Source of the DNA: Antedon mediterranea
Lineage: Eukaryota > Animalia > Echinodermata
Length of the DNA stretch: 64,000 nucleotides
Assembly (NCBI RefSeq): GCF_964355755.1
Contig: NC_092677.1
Span: forward strand, 10,562,101-10,626,100
Reading direction: 5' to 3'
Shown: in pieces, positions 24,101 through 36,200 of the stretch
How positions within the stretch are numbered: the stretch's first letter is position 1
How the letters are laid out: each line of letters opens with the position of its first letter
Position numbers and translations under genes: made by a program
Notes under the pieces: generated by a model
Told to the model about the DNA's origin: nothing
Databases searched by the model: none
The model's input: the letters and a program-made list of their open reading frames with translations, nothing else

Positions 24101-26284
24101 CGCTAAGAGTCGCCAAACCAACATAATGTACTTTATGAATAAAATGAAGATGTATTGTAGAAACCACGAATCTGTCTATTAACACGCCCACATAAAATAA
24201 ATGTTAGGCAAAAAGGTGCAGGAAGTGGTTAGGCCTATAGGTCTAATAAATGCTTTCTCTAAAATTAAAATGTAACCTTCCAAACGAATTAAATTTTGCT
24301 TGATAAAAAATATGTTTTATTTTTTATAAAGATGTGCCTCGAAATATTCGTCTACTAATCGTTAAATTGAGTTATTTTGGCTTTACAGAGTGACGTATGT
24401 TTCATTGTTTGGAGTTTACAATTGGGTTGAATCAACACGACAAGTGATAGCTGGTACAAATTGTTACGGATTGGTATACACATACAATACAGTGAAAAGC
24501 TTAACCACGCACATAGACGAACAATCGAGGTATTTCCAACAAAAGGGGTTCGTTAGCAAACAGTACCAATCATTGTAAAATAAGGAATTCTCTCCCAACC
24601 CATATTTAAGGTACCCATTGACAATACCGACAATACAATGCATTCCGCTTTAACAACGTCAATGTAAAACCACAGGCAAGATTGACACCAGGTCGAACTT
24701 ATTGACTATATGAACTGAAGTCAATGGGGGTGATTCTCATGAAACAGATTGTATTGCGCAAGAGGTGTAGGACCGGAGGGGATATAGAGTCGGGGGGGGG
24801 GGGATGCGTTATCTCCTCTCTGCATAAACTGAACTTGTATAGTTAATTATCACTTTATACATATTTTTCTTTTATACATATTATATTCTTCCATCCACCT
24901 GTCCGAAACTAGCTCGTGCCCGGTACTTAATTATATTACAATATTTTGTTCATTTATCGTTGATCATATATTTGTTAAACATCTATGTTCATCTGCCATT
25001 ATTTTGTAGTTAGCCTATACCATAAAGGTATAACACGTATAAGGATTGTATGAAAACAACATTTAACAATTCTATTTTGAATACGTATTTTTTAAGTCTC
25101 TGTGTATTAAATATTATTCCCTTTATACCTTGTACTCCTTTATCATTTCGAGGTAGGATTTGAACCAAACCAATAACAAACCAACTGAATATTGCGAATT
25201 CCACAGACACCTGCAGGGCTACTGTAGGGCATTCGTGTTTAACCAGAGTATATTTTATATTATTTTATAATTACGACAGAATTCATCTTTAAGACATTAT
25301 CTTATAATCGTATTTAGCACCGGCCATCAATGCAAATATTTTCATACAGGCATATAGATTGATACAAACCGAAAGCTAATGACGAAAAACCATAGTAACA
25401 GTGTGGTATTGTACATATTGATTTAAAACTGCGAATATTGAATTGCTTCGTATTTTAAGGCTATCCTTGAAGTATTGTCATTAACTCGATAACAAATCTA
25501 ATATTATCATGCAAGTCAATTTCAAGAATGAATGCAAAATCTGCTAATGTATTCAACCCATATCTATCTATGTATAGGTATTTAATTGTATTTCACAAAC
25601 ACATGCGGCCTGCTTCGTGTAATTCCTTTTTTTTGTTACATTCTTTCTTTATTTTTGCCTTGATATTCCTTTGGAATTAGAGCATGGCTGAAACAAATTT
25701 TATTTTTCAGTTCCATGCCCAGAATATTATTTTTCACATGAGACAATACAGTTGTATAAACACGGAGGGTTTCCTCTGTGGTAAAAGTAGCAACACTACA
25801 GTATGGTATTTAATTACTTGTAGTACGAGAGGCTAGTAGCGGGTACTGGTGCTACATAAAGTAATGCAGGTCTAATAGCAGTAACAATAATTTAGCAGAG
25901 AATAGGCATGTGGCAGTTGGTGGTCATTAGAAGGAACCATATAGAACCCATTATAGGTCATACGATAGTATGATGCTAAACTTAATTGACCAATTATTGC
26001 ACTGTTTTACGCACCTGTAAAACATACATTTTGGTGCCCTGGTGCGTCTACGCAATGTAAACTCGTCCGTGCGCGCACATTGGAGGGGAACGACGAGAGA
26101 ACAATTAACCCTCTGTTCATACCGCGCCCAGTACTCGTACAAATTATAGGTCATACCGGTAACTTATATAACACTAAAAACATATTACGATAGAATAAGA
26201 ACAATAATATAATTGATTCTTACCTTGCGAGTGTGCTAAATTTAAAATAGATAATATCAAAATAAAAGAAATTGTGCCCTCCAT
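110..26284 (-). CDS. Secreted fibropellin-like EGF-repeat/CUB protein (signal peptide-EGFx3-CUB-EGFx44 or more); 3' end lies beyond the left edge of the window
   Basis: 49 exons with GT-AG sites join in frame. In transcription order: 26224-26284, 22753-22890, 22150-22284, 21311-21436, 20541-20921 (CUB), 19863-19979, then 43 exons of exactly 123 bp: 19430-19552, 18406-18528, 17621-17743, 16798-16920, 16277-16399, 15637-15759, 15369-15491, 15124-15246, 14522-14644, 14194-14316, 13648-13770, 13262-13384, 12716-12838, 11874-11996, 11551-11673, 11324-11446, 11065-11187, 10697-10819, 10478-10600, 9526-9648, 8576-8698, 7444-7566, 7174-7296, 6769-6891, 6470-6592, 6235-6357, 5846-5968, 5446-5568, 5033-5155, 4750-4872, 4146-4268, 3899-4021, 3423-3545, 2987-3109, 2717-2839, 2281-2403, 2020-2142, 1780-1902, 1536-1658, 1299-1421, 998-1120, 761-883, 110-232. 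All introns are phase 1. The EGF-CUB-EGFn layout resembles sea urchin fibropellins; orthology is not established. Confidence 0.9.
2477..2679. mobile_element. hAT-like MITE
   Basis: Termini caatggcgta / tacgccactg; 8-bp TSD tgacaagt (2469-2476, 2680-2687); empty site in the paralogous intron at 5409-5416. Confidence 0.85.
3195..3293 (-). pseudogene. Decayed EGF pseudo-exon
   Basis: Intact acag acceptor, then [30 protein letters not shown]; first Cys lost, 3' third and the normal donor missing. Confidence 0.65.
3675..3777 (-). pseudogene. Decayed EGF pseudo-exon (paralogue of 3195-3293)
   Basis: [31 protein letters not shown]; same truncation and same flanking intron sequence. Confidence 0.65.
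5207..5391 (-). mobile_element. Probable 5'-truncated retroposon 3' end
   Basis: Absent from the paralogous intron near 2450; flanked by an atcca duplication; minus-strand aataaa followed by a short (tgaatc)n tail. Confidence 0.5.
5648..5727 (-). pseudogene. Strongly decayed EGF pseudo-exon (third copy)
   Basis: atgtgtatgttgttcaaaaaccagaaaccaggaaacaagcagcttcattttggca aligns to the exon core; acceptor end deleted. Confidence 0.6.
8600..10550. repeat. Recent ~950-bp tandem duplication (one exon plus intron), containing a LINE-like 3' end with a (tctta)n tail
   Basis: Introns 8699-9525 and 9649-10477 are near-identical; aataaagatttatcttatcttatcttat occurs near 9003 and 9965. Confidence 0.9.
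12205..12333 (+). mobile_element. Older tRNA-derived SINE, interrupted by the SINE above
   Basis: Degenerate A/B boxes (gagtggttaa, ggttcaagg) and core ttctggtggtagaacaagtcttctcagataagg, shared with the copy at ~20956-21135. Confidence 0.6.
12334..12574 (-). mobile_element. Full-length tRNA-derived SINE with (ACCTTT)n tail
   Basis: Minus strand: A box TAGCCGAGTGG, B box GGTTCAATGCC, core CCACTCAGCTGTAAAATGAGTACCTGG, tail cacctttaccttt; 10-bp TSD actggaggta (12324-12333, 12575-12584). Confidence 0.85.
12566..14429. repeat. Very recent 932-bp tandem duplication carrying two EGF exons
   Basis: 12566-13497 and 13498-14429 are almost identical; ORF-track pairs are offset by 932 (12645/13577, 13027/13959, 13239/14171). 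Confidence 0.95.
15839..15972. mobile_element. PIF/Harbinger-like MITE family A, partial copy
   Basis: Left TIR agctctgtctacact and internal atatggacatgatgatgtcatatc, shared with copies at 32315, 53679, 54185, 57160, 58074 and 58906. Confidence 0.7.
16510..16784. mobile_element. hAT-like MITE (degenerate)
   Basis: Termini caggagcggtcgcag / ctgcgtccgcccctg; TSD not recognisable. Confidence 0.5.
19863..19979 (-). CDS. Seven-Cys EGF exon directly after the CUB domain
   Basis: 117 bp; [38 protein letters not shown]; ttcag acceptor and gtgag donor. Not in the ORF track. Confidence 0.88.
20541..20921 (-). CDS. CUB-domain exon
   Basis: 381-bp phase 1-1 exon with CUB hallmarks [22 protein letters not shown] and [23 protein letters not shown]; tttcag acceptor and gtaag donor. 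Confidence 0.88.
20956..21135 (+). mobile_element. tRNA-derived SINE (same family as 12205-12333)
   Basis: ttctggtggtagaatgagtcttctcggctaaggacttaaaactgga ... aagagtaggggt core with a degenerate tRNA head upstream. Confidence 0.55.
21311..22890 (-). CDS. Three N-terminal six-Cys EGF exons (22753-22890, 22150-22284, 21311-21436)
   Basis: [38 protein letters not shown]; [34 protein letters not shown]; [37 protein letters not shown]. Canonical splice sites; lengths 138, 135 and 126 bp. Confidence 0.9.
23038..23529. mobile_element. MITE-like element with long imperfect terminal inverted repeats; related fragments extend to ~23795
   Basis: gtctatgctagcaaa...aaactctgagtttgtcact (23039-23083) is inverted at agtgacaaattcagagttt...tttgctagtgcagac (23473-23528). 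Confidence 0.55.
26224..26284 (-). CDS. First coding exon (signal peptide) of the EGF/CUB gene
   Basis: gccaacATGG start context; [20 protein letters not shown] has a hydrophobic core and an A-x-S cleavage motif; ends G|gtaag in phase 1, compatible with the next exon at 22890. Confidence 0.8.
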
Positions 26285-28384
26285 GTTGGCGAATAAATTA
26301 ATATAATCCAACAGATGAGAGCTGCGGTCTCAGTAACTAGATCTGACTATCAAACAGCCGCGTTCCCCACTTTTAGGCTATTTCTTTAGTTATAATTCAC
26401 CTTATTTTTCATTGTTATCTTAAGCCTTAGTAAATAATGCAAGACCTCTATTGGGTAGTGATCAATAGATGAAACCAAGCGAATATATCACGTGACTAGT
26501 ATAACAAAAGAAGGCATAGCAAATCTATGGGCGACTTAACATGAATGGGTACCAATACATCTGAACTCCGTGGCATTCCCGTACCTGGTACAATACTGTA
26601 CTATTATACATAGGTCTGGTAGAAATAAACAGTTTTTTTTTGTTATGTAACGTATTATATCGTTTATAAATTAAAATTATATGTAAATAAATATATTATT
26701 AACATGATGAAGCCATTTCAAATTAGGGGTGTTTTATTAATTCCATGTTTGTCTTAATCCGGTTTCTTCATCCAGAGGAATCCGATTATGAACTCTAAAA
26801 TCTATGGATCAACTAGTGGAGGTATTTTGTATTCAACATTCTCTATTCACCCTTTATTCAGCCACGATACTATAGAACGATTTAACTTTGACATTACAGT
26901 AGGCCTATAAATAGAAAGACTTTATGTCCGGCAAGAGAGAACAATCTTAGAATAAATGGAAAAGGGTATTACTGTAAATAATATGGTAACATCCATGGAG
27001 AGGAAAGCGCCTTTCTTTACGAACATACCTAATGAAAGTCGTGTAACAGTAACACGACTGCCATAACATATTCAAGCAGGAGGTTTTTTTTGTATTGGTT
27101 AATACACTACCTAAATCCTAACATGTTGAATCTTCTTATTTCGCTGGCCTCAGACATTGGTGGTTTACTTAAGTATCATCCGTGTCAGAGTGTTTTGGTT
27201 TTAGAACCAGGATTTGAACCAAAGATGCTGATAAGCAAACCTGTTAATAGTAACCACAAAGCTAAATATCTTTCCAATTCTAAAAAAAAAGTAGGACTAA
27301 AACGAAAAACATATATAAAATATCATATTTAAATAATTGATCTTATAATGTTTTAAAAATATTCGTAGTGGGATTTAAAAACATAAAATGACTAATATTA
27401 TTATTAGTCATTGAATGTTCTGTTTGTGATTGTAATATACAAACACAACTCATTCATTCGTCATCACAACTCTTTATTCTTTAGGTTCGGACTTGAGTGC
27501 TTGCTTAAGGTCATTGTTCAGTCGGACGCCCATCTTATTCATGGCTATAGAACATCTTCACAGCAGTCATGTCAATATTCACTTCCCTAATTTGAAAATA
27601 ATCTATTAACATACGTTAATCTGCTTGGTTGATAATTATGAGTAATAGTAGTAACATTATGACGTCACAATAGGCCTATAATACAATAAAAAAAAGACAT
27701 TAATCAACAATATAATTGAAAAAATAGAATTAATTTTTAATTTTTTGCATTACCAAAATGTTTGTAATAAATAATAATTATTATTATTACAATAATGGTA
27801 GTATGATCATGAAAAACAAAGAAAATAGGAATGTTAACAAATGATATAATGAGGTGATGATAAATTACGTAATAGATACGTAAAAACACGAAACCAAGAA
27901 CGATTACAAGACCAATTGATGAAAACATCGAGATTGTTACTGCATTAATAAAAATGATGTTACGGAGGCCTTCATGTGATGCCCTGTTTGAAATATAACA
28001 TACAAATTGTAAACACATTTGTTCGGAGTTATTCTTAAATGTCTATGGCGTATACCATGTTCTTCATTTCATTTATTTATTTGACAAACAAACCATATTG
28101 TATTATATTATTATTATTATCATCCAATTCTACGATGCTATTTTTACCCCTTTTACGCCTTTTAATAAATTGATACAATAGAAAGAAGACGATAGATTTT
28201 TAGCATCATATCTATATGGTTAATTTGGTTAAAAGAATGAATGGCATAAAGAGTTTATTGTTAGGATACCAAGCAACTAATGACCGTGACATGTTTATTA
28301 ATCATTTCTATGTACGCTTATTAAATGCGTTATTTGATCGTCTGTCAGAAGTTACATATGAATCATGCTTGAGAGGAAGCAGTA

Positions 28385-28670
28385 CAGTCACGCCCAGTTC
28401 CGGCATCTTAAAATAAAGTGTACATGTTGGGGAGTTAATGCTAGAGACACGCCCAGTTTTAGCATCTTAAAGTACGGTTCACATGATGGGGAGTAAACGC
28501 TAGAGACACGCCCAGTTATAGCATCTTAAAGCATGGGGGAAGTTTCCTCCATGCTTAAAGTACGGTTCATACGATGGGGAGTAAACACTAGAGACACACC
28601 CAGATTTAGCATCTTAAAGTACGGTTCACATGATGGGGAGTGAACGCTAGAGACACGCCTAGTTAAGTTT
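28385..28670. repeat. ~59-bp tandem repeat, about 5 imperfect copies
   Basis: Unit ctagagacacgcccagttttagcatcttaaagtacggttcacatgatggggagtaaacg starts at 28441, 28500, ~28588 and ~28647. Confidence 0.85.
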
Positions 28671-31600
28671 CAATATTTTTAACTGCGATTTTAGCTTTTT
28701 GGAGTGCGCACAGAGTTTGTGGTAGTAGTAGTATCTATGGACACACCCAGTTTAAGCATATTTTAACAGTGATGGAAGCGTGATATGTAGATGCATTAGC
28801 AGCTGTAACCATAGAGGAATTAGTTTGCCTCCACTACTAAGAAAAGTAAACATTATAGAAAAGCATATCCATTCTGTAGTGGTAGGGTGGGAGGGCTGGG
28901 GAACTGGTACACAAAATAGCCTCTAAAAAAAAAAATGTTGACTGCGGAGATTAAATTTACCATTTTAATTTATTTGTATCCATTCTTGATAACAAGCTAG
29001 TGGTCTCATTCCGACTGAATAGTATAATTCTCTTTGTATGGATTGAACGGACTAAATAGGGGTGGTAATAAGGCGTTAAACTGACCAAACAATCACCAAT
29101 TTAAATGTTTTAAGCCTCAATGGAGACGAGAGGTAATAAAGTAGATGTTTATTACACCTTCACACGTGAATAAATAAAATACCCGTGTACTTGACTTTTG
29201 CTGTGAGCTATGTATTTTTTTTATTTTAAGGTATATACTTCCAAATGTAAGCATTCATTAAAGTTGGCTATAATACATTTTAAAATAAATCTCTTTAATG
29301 TATTTCATAATATATAATAGTATAGTACACTGTTCTTGTAAAATATTATTCACCATTGACTTGTACGTTTAAACCATTAGTTTTGATTACATTGGCGTTG
29401 AGACTCTAGTAAATTATACAACCTTTTTGGTTTAAAAACGTATTCTATAGGCCTACATTTGATTATTTTAGAGAAGTCGGGATAAACAGTTACTTTGAAA
29501 CTCGAGCGTTTGGTAGTTTTTACGGGACATTGTCACCTATTACTACATTTTTCTCACTAAAAAGACATAAATTGCCTACTTTAATACTTTGCACAAAAAA
29601 AGAACAAAGATTACTGTTAAATAATAAAACGTCATAGACTTGTGAAAAGCTCTTATACAAACACAATTTCCTAACATTTGTACACAGAAAATAAACAGCA
29701 AAACAATTGAATGTCTCAAATTTCAATCTTCAGTCAGGAAATCAAAATATTTAATGTTGCTCTAGGTTAAGATTAAACTAAATAATATAAAATGATCGTG
29801 TTGATAGCTTAGATTTGGAAAACTCAGCAAATACAGTGTTATCAAAGTAGATTAGATTCTCGGATAAAATTGCAGATTTAAAATTTAAAACTCCGAAAAT
29901 ACATTAGTCAGTTGACGATCTCGTTGGGTTGCCATAGCTTTTGGATCTGATGTATTACAAACAGTATTTCTGACCCATGTGGAAACAACTCTTTGGGAAA
30001 CAGAGTTTTGACAGAGCTAAACTAAAGTTTATTGTCAGCAAAAATTACAATTAGGGACCTACAGTTTGATCATGTTTTGTTCTAACCCTGCTAGGCAACA
30101 TTTACTAGTATTTAGAGAGAGAGACATTACTCTTTACTTTGGACGTGAAAGTTATTGGCCTAGCTCGGAACAAAACAATATAGAGATGGCACTGATGTGT
30201 TGCTAGTCTTTTTCTAGGCGAATCTCAGATTCATCAATAGAAAGACGCAATACTTTTGTCAAAATTAGTATGGAGACATTTAGAACACGCTTAATGAAAC
30301 TTACATTTGGCTTCTTTTGGACAAAAACTGACGTGATGGTATTGTTAGATATTATAGTTGCTCATCCAAAACTATGAAATCTAGACAATGCTGATTGCTT
30401 TGAAGGGGTCACGGAGAAGTCATAAACTAGTGCAGGGGTTGTCATTACGCACTTTAACCACTTTAATGTCTCTGGGTTTGTCTTATGTTCGTTGATGTGT
30501 TGTTACCATAACCCTCGTAAAATGTGGAAGAAAATCCACCCTGTTTCGGATGTTTATGGAGAATTATCTGAATTATCTAGGTACGAAATTAATAGTAAAC
30601 TAATATTATCAAAACCGTACATACTTTTTCTTAGAATATATTTTTTTTCATTTGGACATAATCGTATCACAGGAGGAAATACAATCTCCAATTACATAAT
30701 TGAGTGGACTATGAGCAAATTAAACTATGGTGCTATACACCAAAATTACTAACAAAGTTTCTGCCATTTAGGAGAAAATTTCATTGTTGAATGCTACTTC
30801 TAAACTGGGTCTAGCTTCTGCAATGTGCATGCATATGGTGTGCGATACATACACAGTTACATAATCTTAGTTTTGTTCATACATAACTACATACATATAT
30901 CGTTAACTTAAAACAACTTATTATTAATATCTGCTGATATATCTTGGCCTAACTCTAGTAAAACTATACCTTATCTGATGATAATTCGTGCAAATAACCG
31001 CATAAATAATTTACGGGATATTATCTCGAAACACTTGATTAAATCCTTAGAAAATCATATCCCATTGATGATAATACAATGGTATCAAACACAAAAGGTG
31101 TCCTCACGAAACAATAACAATATTAGAATTAACTGAACTGAGTCTAATAGCTAGATCGGTTTCTGCGATTTATTACACGGTCACTGTAAGTTGATTCAGT
31201 TCATGGTTTTTATATATTTTCTATTAAATATAGTAATAATAAATACTGTATTATGATATTTCGACAGTGACACCAAGAACCGAGACAAACGTATTACAAA
31301 TGTTGATGTTGATATGTGTCGTGCGCAATTGTTTTTCGAATCATAAAATAACACTAACACTACAGTAACTTTCAATTGTATTTCAACGATTCACACCTTG
31401 TAACTTTCTTTGAAAAATAGCTGTTTAAAAAAGGAGTGTTCGGAAAGACGGCATTTTTTGCCAATGTAGAGCTTACTATTGTATGTCGGTTAAAAACAAG
31501 TCATAGTCCTAACTTAGGTTCGATTAGTAATATTTTATGGTAACATGCATGCTATACCAGTCGATAGTATACATCTAGGTTGACTTAATTCTACATTGTA

Positions 31601-32314
31601 CAAATCATGACGACGCCGATGCAACTTAAACCCACAAATATGGTTGTGATATGCTTATAATAGTAGTGATATGACATCATAATGTCCATATATGAATATA
31701 TAAAAAAACGAGCAAAATAATGATTTTGGTTCTGGGGAACTTTTTCCTTATATCACGGCTTCCTGTTGGACAATATTTAGAAAAATCTAATTTTCACTCA
31801 AAATGATTTATTTTGTGAAATCATAATCGTTAAAATAACCTATTCAATAAAAAAAATCTTGTTGACATTTTTTTCAGTGGATATCTTAAATTACAATCTC
31901 GAACTAAAAAGGCGAATTCATGGCATTTCCTCTCAAAATAATTGTCCTAAACAGTTGTATTATTGTAATAAAAATAATATTTTCCCCACGTACTCATTTA
32001 TTATCCTGAAACACATCCGATTTAGATATTGGCTCTTTCATGATTATGAAAGAAAGTTTAATATGTGTACAAATATTTACGGACTATTCGAGAAGCGCGC
32101 CTACGCACTAATATACACAATACATGTCTGGTTTATGTTTTTATTTACCTGTTGTCATTGTAATCGTTATTGCATGGGACTATCCACTTTTATATAACAA
32201 AAATTCGTACATATACATGAGTATGCATAATATTAATAGTAAAACGGACAATATAAACAGTACAGTGCGCGTGACGCGCTTGAGAAAAACCGCGTGCACA
32301 AAACATTACTGTTT

Positions 32315-32435
32315 AGCTCTGTCTACACTATGATAAAAGAAGTGTGATGTGACCAATAATATGGTAGTGATGTGCCTAAATATAGTAGTGATATGACATC
32401 ATCATGTCCATATATGGGCACATCACACTGTTTGA
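32315..32435. mobile_element. PIF/Harbinger-like MITE family A, partial copy
   Basis: agctctgtctacacta terminus and internal gatatgacatcatcatgtccatatatggg. Confidence 0.65.
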
Positions 32436-32766
32436 CGTTACGTAATCGCGTGCAAATTGCTCTCCGATATGTGATGCATGTACAACAATATTTCCACGTG
32501 TTTTTGTCGAGAGTAGCTATATCGCTGTTCCTATTCACATGGAATGGGATATGTTTACTTTAACTTAAATGATTACAATAAAGGGTGCACCCTGATGTAA
32601 GAATAATACAGTCTTTCATTGACTAGTATACGTGCAAAGTAAACTTTCCATAGAAACTATTACAAGGCATGCATTATTGAGTATATTTACAGGCCATCTT
32701 AATTCTAATATTGAACAAATCTTCACATCATAATAGATAGATACCTACACCAGTGTAATTACAAAA

Positions 32767-33210
32767 CAGTGGAACCCCACATTTGGGACACCCATATTCA
32801 GGGGACACACATATTCAAGGGACACCCATATTCAGGGACACCCATATCCAGGGGACACCCATATTCAGGGACACTCATATTCAAGGGACACTCATATTCA
32901 AGGATACTCATATTCAAGGGACACTCATATTCAAGGATACTCATATTCAAGGGACACACATATTCAGGGACACACATATTCAAGGGACACTCATATTCAG
33001 GGACACTCATATTCAGGGACACACATATTCAAGGGACACACATATTCAGGGATACTCATATTCAGGGACACTAATATTCAGGGGACACTCATATTCAGGG
33101 ACACACACATTCAGGGACACACATATTCAGGGATACTCATATTCAGGGACACTAATATTCAGGGGACACTCATATTCAGGGTACACCCATATTAAGAGGA
33201 CGGGGACACA
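32767..33210. repeat. 18/19-bp minisatellite (catattcagggacact-type) inside a MITE-like end
   Basis: More than 20 copies of catattca(a/g)ggga(c/t)ac(t/a/c), preceded by cagtggaaccc. Confidence 0.9.
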
Positions 33211-36200
33211 TTTTATTGTGCCAAATTTTTCAGCACAATGTTTTTTTCATAACAAAAGCAACAAAACGACAAAATATTAATATATAGGTGACAGAGCATG
33301 GTCTGATAAACTTCTATAACTAGTGTAATTAACCACACAACTCAATCCACGCTATACAATTCATAGACCTATATATTAACGACACGACACACATAAACTG
33401 GAAACTGTAACTTGTAAGCTTATTGATAAACAAAATAAAATAAAAACGATTCAAATAATCAATTGATTCAAATAATCGATCATATATTCAGCATGAGCAA
33501 ATAAATCAATAATCAATCGCCCGATCAATCGTTATTAAAAGACATTTACAAAAAGTAGGCCTATCCTATATGAGTAAAAACATTAACAGAGAGACACCCA
33601 CTCAAAAGCTATGAGGTGTATCAAAACGATCCATTAGAGTATTACTTAAAAGAAGTACAAAAAGGCCAATTTTTAAACTGAAAGATCGAAAACTAGATAA
33701 ATTGAGAATTTGTGAAAAGGAGGTTAAATTGGTTCAGCCAATCAATATATTACAAAACTTGGTGGTAACGAGTTGATATCCAATCCAATTTGAACCATGT
33801 CACCAGTGGTCTAGTGGTCTGCATATGATCCAGGTTCAAATCTTGTTTGGTGCAGCTTTTTCTCATTTCATTTTTTATGTAACCTTATTTATAGAGGGAG
33901 ACCCTAAACAGCGTATGGTGACAATCAACAGACCCTTATGATAAGTTTCTGTGTGTGACGATGGCTGTGTGTGTACTAATACACTGGGGTAACCCCCTAC
34001 TCATCAAATATTTTCAAATTTCCAGTATATCACCTGGCGGTTCAGAGCTTCCTTATGTATAAATATATATATAACTCAAACTATGTCTCTTTACTAGGTT
34101 CAATGTTATCTATGGATTAAAAATAAATCAAACAACAAATGTCAACTGTTTCTTCTATTTTTCTTCCACATTATAATGCTACTTTCTTAACAAAAACTTT
34201 TTAGTCTTACTGAATTAAATGATACTGTATCCATGGATTGTACTATTAACAAAGTTTAATCTAATTCTTCTCTATTTCTTTCACCATTATTTTCATCCTC
34301 ATTAGTTTTGTTAACGTACTCACTGTACAGGAGCCCAATATCATTCATATTAAAATCATTTTATAAATAATGAATGATTAACTATTATATGTATATATAT
34401 ATATACATACTGTATATTGTTTTCAGTAAAGGCCATGCTTATACAGCCACAGACAGGCTGCCAAAACTACAGTTCAATAATAAGGATTGAATTTATGGAA
34501 ATAACCAAGATTGCCACAGCAAGACACACCTTACATTCTTGTCTTACATATTTGCAAACTATAAAAGCATGGAGAAATTATGCTATAAAAGTATTATGTG
34601 AAATAGACAGTAAATAAAGTCCATGGGGTTATACACGGTATTGAACAATACCAATATAAAGTAACAATTAGACAAAGGTTCTAATATACACCTTGAACGT
34701 GATTAACAGGCTTGACGAGGCATTCTGATCCCCTACTAGGCTTTAACAATATCATTGTACCTTACTAGTGGGCATGTTTGGATATTATTTATAATAAGGT
34801 GATAGCGTATAACTAAATACACTTTTATCTTTAAAAGTCAAAAAATGTCATTTTATGTCATGTCATTATATATCATTATTAATATTTGGTTTGGTCTTTC
34901 CTTGACTTCTTTGTATTGTATATGGCAGAAAATTAAATAAATACTAATACTATTATATGATTATTATATATGTTATATTATATATGTTATAGCATTGGAT
35001 TGTCAATTTGCCTAAAAGAGTTTTTATTCTTAACAAAAAATAAATTTCTTTAGAAATTTTAATTAGCTGATTTAAGACGGCTTGGAAATATAGACAATAT
35101 AAAAATAGTATTAACTTATACTTAAGAGTTTAAAAAGGTCAAAAGACTGAAGACAAAGATATTCAACCTATTCATGCATAAACATCTTTCTAAAAAATTA
35201 CAGTCTGGTGGTCAGATTGATCAGATAAACTACCAGCAGTATCAATAAAATGAAATCATAAGCGTAAAACCCACCTGAAAGAAACTAAAAGGGACAAGGT
35301 CTCATAAGAATAGAACACTCATTAGGAGTGAAGTAACTAAACTACTAGTATTAAACTTCATAGGTACAACATATGACATCACTATGGAGGCAGTACACCA
35401 CAGCATCTTTGTTTTCTATAAACGGTACTTATTTTCAACTCAAATAGTACAATGCTTTGGTTAATGAAATACAAAAGAGTATAAACCGCAAATTAATTTC
35501 TTTTTTTCAATGTTAACCAGAAAATTCACAATGCCCTGAAATGAAATGTAGACGCAATGAAAAGTTGGCATAGTACAAAAAAATTTGATCAATAAAAAGT
35601 TGGAATAGTTTGAAAGGAATGAAAAAATGACATAGTATGAAAAAAATGAAAAAACAGCCTAGTATGAAAAAAATTAAAAGATGACACAGAATGAAAGAAA
35701 TGGGATCAATGAAAAGATGATTACAGGAATAGTTCGCATAGGAGAAGCAAAATTGGGAAAGTATGAAGGGGGTGTTGGAAATTGGGGGATGGGTGTAAAG
35801 TGGCACAAGAGAATACACATTATATGTTCTTTTGGAAATCAGGTGTAGACTATGGGAAGTGGAATTGGGAATAAGAATGGGGTTTTAAATGGAGGATGTA
35901 GTTGATAATAAACCAGTTTCTACCAAAATGGGCTCAAAACTTCTTCAACAAAATCATATAGTAACTATACTCCCATAGTTATTATTTCAGTATTAAGGTT
36001 TTCTGCAGTACAATTGATCTACTTATTTCCTAAAAGGATTGGCACCTGAATGGAATTTAAACTCACTTCTGAGGACAATACGAAAGACTGAATAAAGGCA
36101 AATACAAAAGCCTAGTTGCTTTCTATGACTCTAATGCCCCTATGCTTTCAGCTACCCACAGGCGCTTTCTCATTGTGAGTTAATACCCCAACTCGTGAAA

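Noticed and set aside
110-26284. Naming the EGF gene Notch, Crumbs or fibropellin-1
   Set aside because: No Ca-binding EGF consensus, LNR, laminin-G or avidin domain is visible in the window; only the general layout resembles fibropellin.
32769-33280. ORFs with RDTHIQGT / GHSYSGT repeats
   Set aside because: Translations of the 18/19-bp minisatellite; unit lengths shift the frame.
35513-35818. 101-aa hydrophobic ORF
   Set aside because: Comes from degenerate A-rich low-complexity repeats; no domain or splice support.
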